This document shows positions 41,961 through 54,810 of a stretch of 64,000 bases of DNA, in pieces. The notes under the pieces were generated by a model. That model did not search any database and was not told the origin of the DNA. It saw only the letters and a program-made list of their open reading frames with translations. The position numbers and the translations under genes were made by a program. Source of the DNA: Octopus vulgaris (lineage: Eukaryota); contig OX597816.1 in the NCBI GenBank assembly GCA_951406725.2, positions 46,190,001-46,254,000 on the forward strand, written 5' to 3'. The stretch's first letter is position 1, and each line of letters opens with the position of its first letter.

Positions 41961-42618
41961 ATATATATAATGAGAGAAAAAAATGATATGGGCTTGAACT
42001 TGGTACTCCTTTATTTCATCTCTTAGATATGTTTCAGTGTTTGGTAATGCATGATGTCACACAATAAATGCAATCTGGAGATGCACCTTATAAAGGCAGT
42101 ATGCATAAGCAAACACATCCTCAGACCGAGAAGCAGAAAGTACAATTCTCTCATTATTTATGGGCTCTTATTTTGTTATTGTCCACATCAGTCTGCACAA
42201 GACCCGGTGTGAATTTGCTACAGTGTGAATTTAATACAATTAACAATAAGAGCTGAAACCTGAATGGAATAATTGTCTGACACCGAACACATCTAGTCTC
42301 TCTCACACACACATACACAAGCAAACAAATACAGCTCCTTCTGCATATTCTTGCCCAGTCACCAAATGATGCATTGCTAAGTTAAGATTCTCTCGTTTTT
42401 TTTCCAGCTTTCATACATTCATTCGCCATTAACACTTTAAATGTATTACTTACTAACAGCTAGTTTCATAAGCTAACCACTTAAACTGACCCCTCAATAT
42501 ATATAACCTCTTCATCTCTCATATAATATTGTTAAGATAATTACTCGTTTCTTAGTTTGTTTCATTTCTTGTCTCTTTCGTTTAATTTCTCATCCGCCAT
42601 GAACTCTTTAATTGTATA

Positions 42619-42649
<31 letters not shown>

Positions 42650-42776
42650 TATTTTCATTCCTTGAACCATCTCCCCAAATTAAACTTTGCTTCCAGTTGC
42701 AGCTTATCTATTTAAATATGATAGATTGCAAGCCACTACACATTCTTTATTTTCTCTCCTTGTTTTTTTCTGTGTT

Positions 42777-42814
42777 CCTGTCTGTGGAAGAGCGTATGCT
42801 CGAAACATTAAAGA
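42777..42814 (+). ncRNA. Decayed hammerhead-like motif, CUGUGGA core (same family as 40632)
   Basis: CTGTGGA-a-gagc-gtat-gctc-GAAA-catt-aaaga, within repeat 42730-42905. Confidence 0.45.
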
Positions 42815-43473
42815 CTTTTTCACTTCCTGAGCAGTAAACTAATACATCTGTTTGTTGTCTACACCACCTGTCTTCGCCTTTTATTATTTTTTTTTCTCTA
42901 CCTATATATATCATCATCATCATCATCATATCATCGTTTATATGATGATATATATATATATATATATTCATATATATATATATATATACATACATGCATA
43001 CATACATGCATACATACATACATACATACATGTATGCATGCATGCATACATACATACATGCATACATACATACATACATACATATACATATATATTTATA
43101 GCAATTACAGTTTGCCCACCTAGCCAGTGCATTGACATCATTTGAAAGCTACTACATTGTGAGGAAGGGCATTGTGACTAGCGGTGCATAACAACATTCC
43201 ATTGTCTGGTCAATAGAGTGATACAGTGATATAACAATTACAGTGTAGAAGATATATAACTGGCTGTTGAAAAACTCAAAAACCATTAACTTTACTCAAA
43301 CATTTATTATTTGATCTCAGAATTTTCACTGCATTGGAGTCACATCAGTGACAAAGTCACACATGTTGTGACCAAAACTTTGAGACCAAACAATAAATGT
43401 TTAAGTGAAGCTAACAGTCTTTGTGCATTTGTGAGATTTTGAAGGGTTGATATATGTATGTATGTGTGTGTGT

Positions 43474-43786
43474 GAAGGCACGTGGATTAGTGGTTAAGAC
43501 ATTTGGCTCATGATCGTGAGTTCAATTCCCGGCGACACACTGTGTCCTCTAGCAAGACACTTTATTTCATGTTTCTCCAGCACACTCAGCTGGCAAAAAT
43601 GAGTAGTACCTGTATTTCAAAGGGCCAGCTTTGTCACACTTTGTGTCATACTGAATCTCCCTGAGAACTACTTTAAGGGTATACGTGTTTGTGGAGTGCT
43701 CAGCCACTTGCATGTTAATTTCATGAGCAAGCTGTTCCATTGATTGTATCAGCTGGGACCCTCATTGTTGTAACCAATAGAATGCT
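43474..43786 (+). mobile_element. tRNA-headed SINE family C (tail type 1)
   Basis: A/B boxes then tgtgtcc..agcaagacactttatttc..ctccag..cactcagctg body (Meta-domain-like, from recall). Confidence 0.75.
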
Positions 43787-44143
43787 CAATTCATATATTT
43801 ATAACAAGTAAAATTGGAAGGTACCGTATGAGTGAAAATATATAGGGAAAAAGATTCGAAAATGCAGAGGTCTTTTAAAGACGTTTATTGACTTGAATGG
43901 TTTCACTTTTTTTTTAAAGTAAATTGCAAGGCTTTGTGTAGCCTTTGTGGTGTTAAAATTTAATTAACATAGATATATTAAAATACAGTGATAGAGTCTT
44001 TAACAACGATAAGAAAATGTTAAGAGAGGCTTTGTGTTTAAACAAACCCTTATACACCCAAAGAAGCCTAACTAGCAAACAGAGAGATCCAATTTTCTAG
44101 AAAGTAGCACTTGAAATGGATACATTTAGAAAATTTTGTATTT

Positions 44144-44211
44144 ATATAGAGTCTGATGAGCTGTCCACAAGGTTTTGCTTTGTGGGTACGAAACCTTAGG
44201 TAACTCTATAT
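44144..44211 (+). ncRNA. Type I hammerhead ribozyme motif, intact
   Basis: atatagagt-CTGATGA-g(c)tgtccacaagg/ctttgtgggtac-GAAA-ccttagg-TA-actctatat; stem I 9 perfect bp, GUA triplet. Confidence 0.85.
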
Positions 44212-44311
44212 CCAAGATATAAAATGTTGATGTAATAATTACTGCTCTGTTCTTTAGAGTGTGCTTCTTTCTGATACATGCTTTTTTATTAACTATATAT
44301 ATATATACATA

Positions 44312-44986
44312 CAGGGTGCATAAGGTATTTGTGGGCATACCTTTTTTGGGTCATTGCTGCATTTTTTGCTAACTCTGTATAATCTTTGTTTCATAAAATA
44401 ATATTGGCAAACCCTCAGCTTATTCAAGAAATGAAGGCATGCTGTTATTGTGGTTATAAAGGTATAGCAATTTAGAAACGTCTTGACTTTAGAAAGTTGC
44501 CAGATCTTTCATCTACAAAGTTTGTAAGGAGCTAGAGACTGAAGATGGAAACGTATCACTCGTATCAAAGCATAAAAAGCATTCTAACCACTCTGAAATC
44601 ATCAGAACACCTGGATTTATCCAGTAAGTTCAACAGACCATTGATTACAATCCCAGAAGGCCATGAGTTCAGTTGCAAAAGATCTCCATTTGTCAGAAGG
44701 AAAAGTCAGAAATGTTGTCCACAAAGACATCTTATATGATGAGGAAAGGTCAATTTGCCAGAAAAAGCAAAAGAAAATCACTACATCAAATCTAAAAGGC
44801 TCTTAAACAAACTGAAAAATCCAGCAGAAGATTTCATTTGGTTTTTCTCAAACGAGAAAAACTTTGACCAAGATCAAAAAGTTAGCAGAAAAACTGACAG
44901 ATGGTTACGTGCAGACCCTTCTGAAGTTCCAAGTGTTATGCGTACAAAATTTCCTGCAACTGTCATGGTTTTAGGGGTTGTCAGTA
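44312..44986 (+). mobile_element. Tc1/mariner (maT/DD37D-like) left part, truncated by a SINE A 3' half (44988-45170, -)
   Basis: TA-cagggtgcataaggtattt TIR; KRLLNKLK..FFSNEKNFDQDQKV..DRWL..TKFPATVMVLGVVS. Confidence 0.8.
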
Positions 44987-45215
44987 TTTTACTTGTTTCA
45001 GTTATTTGTGACTGCTGCCATGCTGGAGCACTGCTTTAAAGAGGTTTTAGCCAAAGATATCAACTCCAGGACTTATTCTTTGTAAGCCTAGTACTTATTC
45101 TATCAGTCTCTTTTGCCAAACCACTAAGCTATGAGGACGTTAACACACCAACATTGGTGATGGTGTGTGTGTCTGTGGGGGTGCACACACACACACACAC
45201 ATAAATAAATATACA

Positions 45216-45266
<51 letters not shown>

Positions 45267-45901
45267 CCAGCTGTGGAAACCATTATAAAACAGACATTGG
45301 AGATCGTGCTTTCGTCTGGCTCATTGGTTCCTCTTGAGTTGTCCAACTCCTGTCAACATGAAATAAAAAGGATGTTAAACAACAACAACAACAACATCAA
45401 TGATGATGACAATGACAACAATGATGATGAGGAGTTGGAGGAGTAGGAGGAAGAGGAGCCTGTGGGGTCATGGCTAGAACACATTTAATCAGAGATCTGT
45501 TCAACCATTGATGACTTGGAAACTTAAATAACAAAAAACAGCTTCAAAAGAAATATCGGTATAACTCCAAGTTTCCCATACAATACTGTTATTAGATATC
45601 AGCACAACATTTAGATCTATAGCGATGTCGATTTTCTAATATTGATATGGGAATGAGGAAGGAGGTAAATAAACATTGATTTCTTCTTGGGGAAATCAGA
45701 AATGAGATGATAAACGAGCAGAAATTAAAATTGCAAGATGAAGGAAATTATTATATATGATTAATATCAATGATTTACCTAATATGTACAGAGCAGATGA
45801 TATATTATAATGAAAATAAGGGTTTATGTATTATGCATTATACATGTTTGTGTGTATATTTATATATACATATATATTTACATTTATATGTATGTATGTG
45901 T

Positions 45902-45948
<47 letters not shown>

Positions 45949-46259
45949 TGTATGTATATATATTTATATATGTATATATAGATAGATAGAGAGAGAAAGA
46001 GAGAGAGAGAGGTAGGTAGGTAGATAGATAGATAGATATATAGATAGATAGATAGATAATGGCATACATGTAACATATAGTAATATATATTAACCATTCA
46101 GTCGTGCTGGTTCTGTATCTTGACAAAACTGAGACCCTTAAAGCATTATGTTTACATCCAAATGCACTAAACTAGGCCCTGCACCTAATCTGCCTTTATC
46201 AAGCCTTCCCACCCTCTCCTCTCATCTTCCTATAATCCATCCCTCTATTGTTCCTCAAA

Positions 46260-46600
46260 CATCTGGCAGTGTTTCTACTGCTGGATGCCCTACTAACGCC
46301 AACCACACTGTGAGTGTAGAGGGTGCTTTTTACATGCCACTGGCACAGGTATCACAACTATAATTTCCATTTGACTTTCATTTTGATGTTGATGTACTTG
46401 ACTGAATAGGTCTCCTCAAGCACAGCAGGTCACCCTACAATCCAAGATACTTTTGAATGGGTTGGGGCTGGTTATGTGATACTGTTGTAGGATACAGCCA
46501 TGAACTCACTTTATCTGCTGGGGCTTCACAGTTACAGCATATCTCCAGAGGTCTTGGTCTTTTACCAACGTTCGAAGGTCATGCTTCGCCACCTCATCCC
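46260..46600 (-). mobile_element. Decayed RTE 3' end
   Basis: Aligns with 37390-37470 and 37850-37955. Confidence 0.7.
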
Positions 46601-46657
<57 letters not shown>

Positions 46658-46925
46658 GTGTGAGTGTGTGTGAGAGTAAAGATTATTTACCAACATAATG
46701 TAGCAGTCCTGGTTTGGATGATTGTTACTGTTATTTAGCCCCAGGAAACATCATCTTCAGCTGGCTATCAATGCACTATCTACGTCATTATGTTTTCGAA
46801 CAAGGGACTTTAGTGCCACCACTCAGCTCTAAAGCAATATCAAAGGTTTTCTGTGTCATTTCCTTTCATCAGCCCAGAATAACTGCTCTGCTAGAGATGA
46901 TGCAATATATATATATATATATATA

Positions 46926-47262
46926 AGGGTAAAGACCCCCTTCGGTCATGAATGACCATGGGATTGCACCTAGAAAGTTACCCTCCTAGACACAAGTCCG
47001 GGCAAGGTTGTTTATGGAAGACCAGCAGTCGCCCATGCATACCGGCCTCCCTCTCCACGCCACCAGTGTTAACCAAGGGAAAGACAAAGTCGATACAGCT
47101 TGGCACCAGTGACGTCGCAACTCATTTCTACAGCTGAGTGAACTGGAGCAACGTGAAATAAAGTGCCTTGCTCAAGAACACAACACGCAGCCCGGTCCGG
47201 GATTCGAGCTCACAACCTCACGATCGTAAGCTCGACGCTCTAACCACTGAGCCATGCGCCTT

Positions 47263-47264
<2 letters not shown>
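46926..47264 (-). mobile_element. SINE family C (tail type 2), well preserved
   Basis: Minus strand: ggcgcatggctcagtggttagagcg..ctcgaatccc..gagcaaggcactttatttcacgttgctccagttcactcagctg. Confidence 0.85.
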
Positions 47265-47329
<65 letters not shown>

Positions 47330-48191
47330 GAGCCTGGTGCAGCCGCTGGCTCTCCGGGCCTCAGTCAAACTGTCCAACCCATGCCAGCATGGAAAATGGA
47401 CGTTGATGATGATGATGATGATAACTTCTACTGCATATATCCAGCCATAGAAACCTTACTATATAACAGACAATGGAGCCTTGTGTGGCTCCTGGCCCTA
47501 CCAGCTTCAGTCAAACCATCCAACCCATGCCAGCATGGAAAATGGGTGTTAAATGATGATGATAATCAAACACACACACACACACACACACACACAAAGG
47601 TGAGTCAGAATTTATACAACTTTTATTTTCATTACTTTTTGGCTCACCTTTTGTGTGTGTGTGTGTATTTATACATTGTTTTGGTTTCGGACCAAGTAAC
47701 AAATCTGTTTACTACTAAGGACAGTAAACAAGAGAGTAGAACAGATATGTATGTATATATGTGAATGTCAGTGTGTATGAATACAAATGTATACATATAT
47801 ATATGTATGTATATGTCTTCAGTGTGTATGTATGGTCCCAGGTAAAAACCTTATTTAAGTTCATTTTGATGGGAGATGAGGTCCCGGTTTTACTTTATAA
47901 CTTTACCATCTCATGTCATCATCATCATTTAAAATCATGATCACCACCATCGCTGCTGCTACCACCACTGCTGCTGCTGCTACCACCACCGCTGCCACCA
48001 TGACCACCACCATTAATATGTCTTTCTCCTTTGCTACTCTACCTCCAACCCCTCCATGTTTATTGTTCCATGGCAAGTCTTTGGAATCAGTGAACTTGAC
48101 ACAGATGTATGTACATAAATGTATGCGTAAGGAGGAAGTATTGTTATAGATCAGTTGTGTGTGTGTGTGTGCGTGTGTGTGTGTGTGCGTG

Positions 48192-48231
<40 letters not shown>

Positions 48232-48348
48232 TGTGTGTGTATGTGTGCGTATATGTATGTTTTTTGTTTCAGAAAGTAGACTTCTAAAGTGTTTGGTTTT
48301 GTCTCTCTTTGCTTGTGTGTGTGTTTGTGTGTGCATAGATGTATGTGT

Positions 48349-48640
48349 GGAGGCACACGGCCTAGTGGTTAGAGCAGCGGACTCGCGGTCGAGGGATCGC
48401 GGGTTTGGATCACAGACCGGGCGATGTGTGTGTTTATGAGTGAAACACCTAAGCTCAATGCGGCTCCGGCAGAAGGTAATGGCGAACTTCTGCTGACTCT
48501 TTCGCCACAACTTTCGCTCACTCTTTCCTCCTGCATCTTGCAGCTCACCTGCAACAGACTGGCGTCCCATCCATGTGGGGAACCTATGCGCCAAGGAAAC
48601 CGGCCTTAATGAGCCAGGCATGGCTTGAGAAGGAACAAAC
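48349..48640 (+). mobile_element. SINE family B (tail type 2)
   Basis: Colinear with 41047-41347. Confidence 0.85.
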
Positions 48641-48816
48641 AAACATACATGTATGTGTGTGTGAATTTTCAGAGTGAGACAGGTTTGAGTTTGTAATGTG
48701 TGTTTGGAATTACAGATATATATGTGTGTATAAATGTGTGTTGTGCCTGTGTATATGTAAGTACAAAAGATTTTGTTATGTATACATGCATACACAAACA
48801 TATATAAGGATATATT

Positions 48817-48877
<61 letters not shown>

Positions 48878-49064
48878 TTGGAATGACCAATTTTAAATAC
48901 AGTTGGTTTTTACTCATAAGGTATTGGAATCTTACCCATATACCATTCTGCCTAAAAAATGGATCTACAAATTCGATATCCCCACATATCACACATCTAT
49001 TTTCTTTCCTCCACCCCACTCTCTATTTTGTATCCTAACTATTACTTAACTACCCTCTCACACC

Positions 49065-49116
49065 ATCTCTGATGAAGGGATATAATAAATAAATATCCTG
49101 GAAACAGCTGTAAGAC
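49065..49116 (+). ncRNA. Minimal type I hammerhead motif, canonical core
   Basis: tct-CTGATGA-a-gggatat..atatcct-g-GAAA-cagctg-TA-aga, within repeat 48938-49190, paralogous to 40772-41030. Confidence 0.75.
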
Positions 49117-49369
49117 CTTATATCTATAAATGTTCTAATATCTACACAGCCTTGGTTTTTTTTATCTCATTACACAAAAATTCTTATATACACACGCTGA
49201 CATATGACCAACACTGAACCCCTTATTCACAAAATCACAGAACCTGGGACTTAACTATGGTCTGTCTATAGCATTTATCCAGCATTACCTGACACCTTTG
49301 GGTCTCAATGACACCATTACCTCTTATATATATATATATATATATATATGTTTTTGTTTTTCAAATTCG

Positions 49370-50210
49370 TTTTTAACATAGAAAAAGCCTGTTTCCAAAT
49401 CAAGCCCATGCTCATACTATTTGGCTGGTTTAGAGGTAAAAATTTCTCTGCACCTGTTGAATCTCCAGTCATTCAAGAAATGAGCTATGGTTTGGTGGAG
49501 GTGGTAAGCTGATGGTGCAAGGTCTGAACTGTAGGCAGGATGAGGCAGCACTTCCAGCCCATCAAACTCTTCAAGTTTGCAATTGGTCACATTGGCAGTA
49601 TGTGCTGGGGCATTGTCATACTGTAGGAATGTACATCTTCAACTGTCTAATTCTGGGTAGCAGGCTTTCAAAGTTTCATATACTCACTGCACTTGTTGAG
49701 CATAAAATTTATTGTTCACAGCATGACCATTTGTGACAAGCTCAAAGTGCAACACTCTCTTAAAATACCATGAAGCTCACATGACCTTCTTTTCAAGCTG
49801 CCTTTGACAACAGGTGCTGAAGCCTGGCTGATATGAAGCCACTGATTTCTATTATTAGGATTAAGAAAATAGATCCATTTTTCATCCCCAATTACATTGA
49901 TGCCAAAAACAGACATCTTGAGGATTTGCCAGTAGTTATTTATGAATGTTCACACATCATTGAGCCTGGTCATTAGTCAGTTCACAAGAAGCATCATGAC
50001 ACCATCAGTTCACAAGGCTGAGCTTATGGAGGTGTTGCTTGAGAGTACTTTGTGAAGGTCAGAGTTCTGCCAACAATGTATGAGTGATTGCACTTGGCCG
50101 TTGTTCAACCATTTCAAGCAAGGCCTCATCTTCCACAGCAAGGAAATTGACCACGTGGTGGATAGGAAATCGGTTGGGTTGTTGGAGGAGAAGTAGGAAG
50201 GGGTGGTATT
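49370..50210 (-). pseudogene. Mariner (DD34D-like) transposase remnant
   Basis: Minus strand: EDEALLEMVEQRP, IGDEKWIYF.NP, PAYSSDLAPSAYHL (YSPDLAPSDY-like). Confidence 0.8.
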
Positions 50211-50689
50211 TGCAAGTATGTAATTGTATATGTGTGTGTGGATGTGCTCTTATAGTTTTGCATGCATGTCTGTATTGATGAGAGTGTGAGCATCTGTACA
50301 TGGCATGCATGCCCACACATACACATGAACGAACATGCGCGTGCATACACACACATGCATATACATGTGCATGCACACACACATGCATATTCCTTTATAC
50401 AGGGTGGCCCAAAAGTAGGTCTACAGTCATTCAACTATCTCTTTTGCATTCATATATTAACAGTTTAGATCTTAATTATAAAAATATGAAACCATTATTC
50501 TATGCTATTTTAGTTAATTGTAAGATAGAAATTTAAATGTAATAAAATGAGTGCATTTCCTGGGAGTATCTTCTCTTAAAGTCATTGGCTGTCATACCCT
50601 AGTAATGCAATCGTGTAAGGGTAGCTCTGTATGCTATGGTCCTTGAAATGAAGGATCTTTCTAGAGTGTACATAGTGGGGTTTTGGCAG

Positions 50690-51050
50690 TTGTAGGTTGA
50701 GGTTGGGGGTGGTTCAGGTGAATTTTTACATCTGTTGTTGTGTGCAATTTTAGATGCGATGTTTAGATGCGATGTCTAAGCAGGATTAGCTTACATTGAC
50801 ATTATGGAGATTGAAGAGTTTACATCACTTTTGTCCTCTTGGAAAGTGTTTCCTAATTATCTAGGGAAGCCCCTAGTATCTAGGGGCTTCCTTAATTAAT
50901 GACAGGAAGCCCTCTAGATACGTTAGTGGAAACTTCTATGTTGAAAGGGGGGTTATACCATATGATTTTCCTTTTCCTAATCCTTTTGGGGATGTATACT
51001 GTTTCTTCATAAGGTATTATGTACAGGTATTACTTGCCTGAATTCAGATC
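50690..51050 (-). pseudogene. Penelope-like element ORF remnant (post-RT region)
   Basis: Minus strand RKRKIIWYNPPFNIEVSTNV..HFP. Confidence 0.75.
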
Positions 51051-51094
51051 TAAGGTTGTATCCAAGAAATCGACTGTAGTCAGGTTGGTGGAAA

Positions 51095-51262
51095 CCATTA
51101 TGGACACCCTCAAGAGACATACCCACCCACATAGGTCGGCCCTCTATAGGGACGATGGCCTGACTATCTTGTGCCAGATGAATGGCCATGCCATAGACAG
51201 GTTTGGGAAGGACTTGATAGAAATATTTAAGGGGCTCAGCCTGTCCATAATGGTAATAACAA
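51095..51262 (+). pseudogene. Penelope-like RT remnant
   Basis: ALYRDDGL....NGHAIDRFGKDLIEIFKGLSLSI. Confidence 0.75.
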
Positions 51263-51413
51263 TCAATTTATGTCATTCAAATTCAAACTGGCTGAAGACT
51301 AGCATCACACTTGAAACTTGGAGTACCAATAAATTTGAATCAAACTGTTTTGATCCATACATGTAACTCCCAATAAATTTGTCGAGTGCCCTTCTTTTGT
51401 TTGTACACTCACT

Positions 51414-51483
<70 letters not shown>

Positions 51484-51965
51484 TACTGAACTAGTGTATC
51501 ACAGCAGAAATCTGGAAGGGAAACATTACAAAAAAAGCTGTTCATAGTTGTTTGTCTTATACTTCAGATTGATCGTAACATTAACATGAAGTATAACTTC
51601 TCTAAGACTCATGATCATTACATCACGTCACATTTTGTAGATTATGCTTTTGTAATCCAAGAGCAGAAGATAATTACAAATTATCTAATGAACAAAAGAG
51701 ACAGTGAAGCCTTAAAACTTCCAAGATGAGACTAAAAATGTCAATTATGTCACATTTCTGTGGAAGCTATTACATGTGATCATTAACTGCGCCAAAACGT
51801 TATTATGATGGAGGTGGTTGTGTAGTAAGAAGTTTGCTTCTGAACAACATGGTTCCAGGTTCAATCCCACTACTTGGCACCTTTTGCAAGTGTATTCTAC
51901 TATAGCCCTAGACTGACTAAAAGCCTTGTGAGTGGGTCTGGCAGACAGAAACTGAAAGAAACCAG

Positions 51966-51999
<34 letters not shown>

Positions 52000-52430
52000 T
52001 ACTGTCTCCTTTTTTTTTGTTTTTGACATCACATCAGTGTCACTGTCATGAAAGCAGTGTCCTTCATTTCTAATATTCTGTAAAAAAAAATCATTTTTAA
52101 TCATGAAGAAATATTACTTGGAGACATGTAGGGCTAGCTACAGAAAGGGTATCTAGAAAATCGACCTCAACAAATTCTCTCTGATTCATGCAAGATCCTC
52201 ACTTTTTTTATGACCATAAACTGCAAAGTTGCATGTTAAGCAGGAATTTTTCTTCAGACCAGAAGTGTTGACCCAAATGTTTGTGATGGAACAGACTTCG
52301 TTAAAGTTAATCCGACTGATCCTCAATGCAAAATGTCGCTTTGCAAAAAAAAAAAAATAACGGCCAAATGTCCATTAAATCACACTCATCCATCTTAAAA
52401 AGGACACATTAGATTCTGTAATGTATTGTA

Positions 52431-52499
<69 letters not shown>

Positions 52500-53109
52500 A
52501 AAATTACAGGAAGGATATGAATGGAACATCTTTGATCACAGATCTGACTGATCTGAGCAGACCATGTGACTACAACAAGAAATATCAACAACAGCCACAG
52601 CAGCGTCGAAGAGAAAGAGAGCAAAGAGTAAAAAAGAAATAGAAGAGAATAAAACGAAAACAATAGATAAATCAACAAATAAAAAATAAAATAACCCAAG
52701 TAAAAAGAAGGTTCCTTTGTTGTACTTGTTTCACAATTCATTTGATCTGAGGTCGTATGTTTAAACTAAAGCAGTTACATCGTCACTGATTCATATTGGC
52801 CATTTTCAAACACAGATTTTGTTTTATTCACTTATAGTTTTTATATTATCGATTAGTTTACATATGATATATGTACGAACTCTTTTCATTGTGTACATTT
52901 ACGATCTGATGATCACTGATACTCTCTCAATTTCATTTGTACAAAATAATACAGGCAACGTAGAGTATAATCGGTGACCAGGTCATAAATGTACAAAGAC
53001 CGGCTTAGATTTCTATGTTATCGTAGACTTCTGAAGAAGAGCAATCGTATGTAGTTTGGCTTTACCAAAATGCGACTGTAATAATTAAAAGGAATGATAA
53101 GTTGATACG

Positions 53110-53489
<380 letters not shown>

Positions 53490-53614
53490 ATCTATCTATC
53501 CATCTGTCTGTCTGTCTGTCTGTCTGTCTGTGGATATGTATACCTGCGTGTGTGTGTGTGTGTGCGTGCGTGCGCGCATGCGTGCACATACACGCATGCA
53601 TATACAGATATACT

Positions 53615-54020
53615 GTTGGCATCCTTTTGTCTCGGGAGATAATGGAGTTGCACATAAACTAATCCAGTCTGGTTTTTACCTTTCATGTCCTCTCCAGTTC
53701 TGCGCAGGCTTGGGCTAGATGTAAGAAAATCCTGGGTAGCCCAATCATCAGGATTCCTCTCTCGACCTTGCTGACGTATTCCAAAGAAGTGCAGAGCATT
53801 ATGTTTGGCACCAGCTTGGTTGCAGGAGCTGCCGGAAGAGTGTTGAGTTGAATACTAAACCACCTACGGGGCTCCAATCCGGATTCCTTTGAAGGTTGTT
53901 TCCTTTCCGTAACCCTGGATGGGGCCCATACCGTGTACTGTCAGCTGGAGCCAGCTGAGCCCGGGACTCATGTCAGGCAGGGTCATCACTCCCTGAAGTA
54001 GTGAAGAAAATCGCTACCCA
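53615..54020 (-). mobile_element. Probable RTE-derived non-autonomous element
   Basis: Minus-strand end atctcccgagacaaaaggatgccaac resembles RTE 3' termini as I recall them; GC-rich non-coding body. Confidence 0.4.
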
Positions 54021-54061
54021 CTACCTAATACAGATATAACAAAACAAGAAATTGGAAATAC

Positions 54062-54205
54062 TTTTGGTATTTTTTATTCACCATTACATGTGTTTCATTT
54101 GCTAATAGGAATTACAAAGATTTTATATGTCTATCAAACATGTAGAACTTTGTAATTCCTATTAGCAAATGAAACATGTGTAATGTTGAATAAATAATAC
54201 CAAAA
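54062..54205. repeat. Long hairpin with ~68-bp arms and 7-nt loop
   Basis: 29-bp perfect core 54091-54119 / 54148-54176. Confidence 0.9.
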
Positions 54206-54475
54206 AATTTCTAGTTTCCTTTGTAAATAATATTTCCAGAATTTTCAACTTTAATATGTACATTGCACATACACAGCAACAATATAAACTATATATTAGA
54301 TTGTGATAATTGAATAAGCAGGTGTGCTTCAAAGGAAATAACTGGGATTTACCCAACTACCTACATGATATATACATAATAATAATAAAGGGTAAAATTA
54401 ATTAATCAATTAATAATCAATAATTTTACCAAGTAGTTCGCTATGTGAAAAGAACCATTATCGGTAACCTTATAC

Positions 54476-54784
54476 AAAAATTCTATAATTATAAGCATAA
54501 TTATAATTAAGGTTCAGCAAAAATTGCTTCACCACATACTAAAATTTAGAAATAGCAGTTAAATACTATTCCACGACTGTAAGATATCTCCCAGACAGTA
54601 ATACTCTCAACTCACCTAGTAAAAATATGATTTTACATCTTTTTACACCTCTTTAACCCAGGAACGCGTATATAGTTAATCAAAGCCAGGTGGATTCGTT
54701 ATTTTTTTCTCTTTACCTGTGTATGTGGTGAAGCAATTTTTGCTGAACCCTAATTATAATTATGCTTATAATTATAGAATTTTT
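54476..54784. repeat. 64-bp inverted repeat (1 mismatch) with ~180-bp spacer
   Basis: 54476-54539 versus 54721-54784. Confidence 0.9.
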
Positions 54785-54810
54785 AATATATACATATATA
54801 ATATTTATAT

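Noticed and set aside
47190-47264. tRNA-like sequence (also at 33431, 41047 and 48349)
   Set aside because: SINE heads continuing into repeat bodies; no complete acceptor stem or terminator
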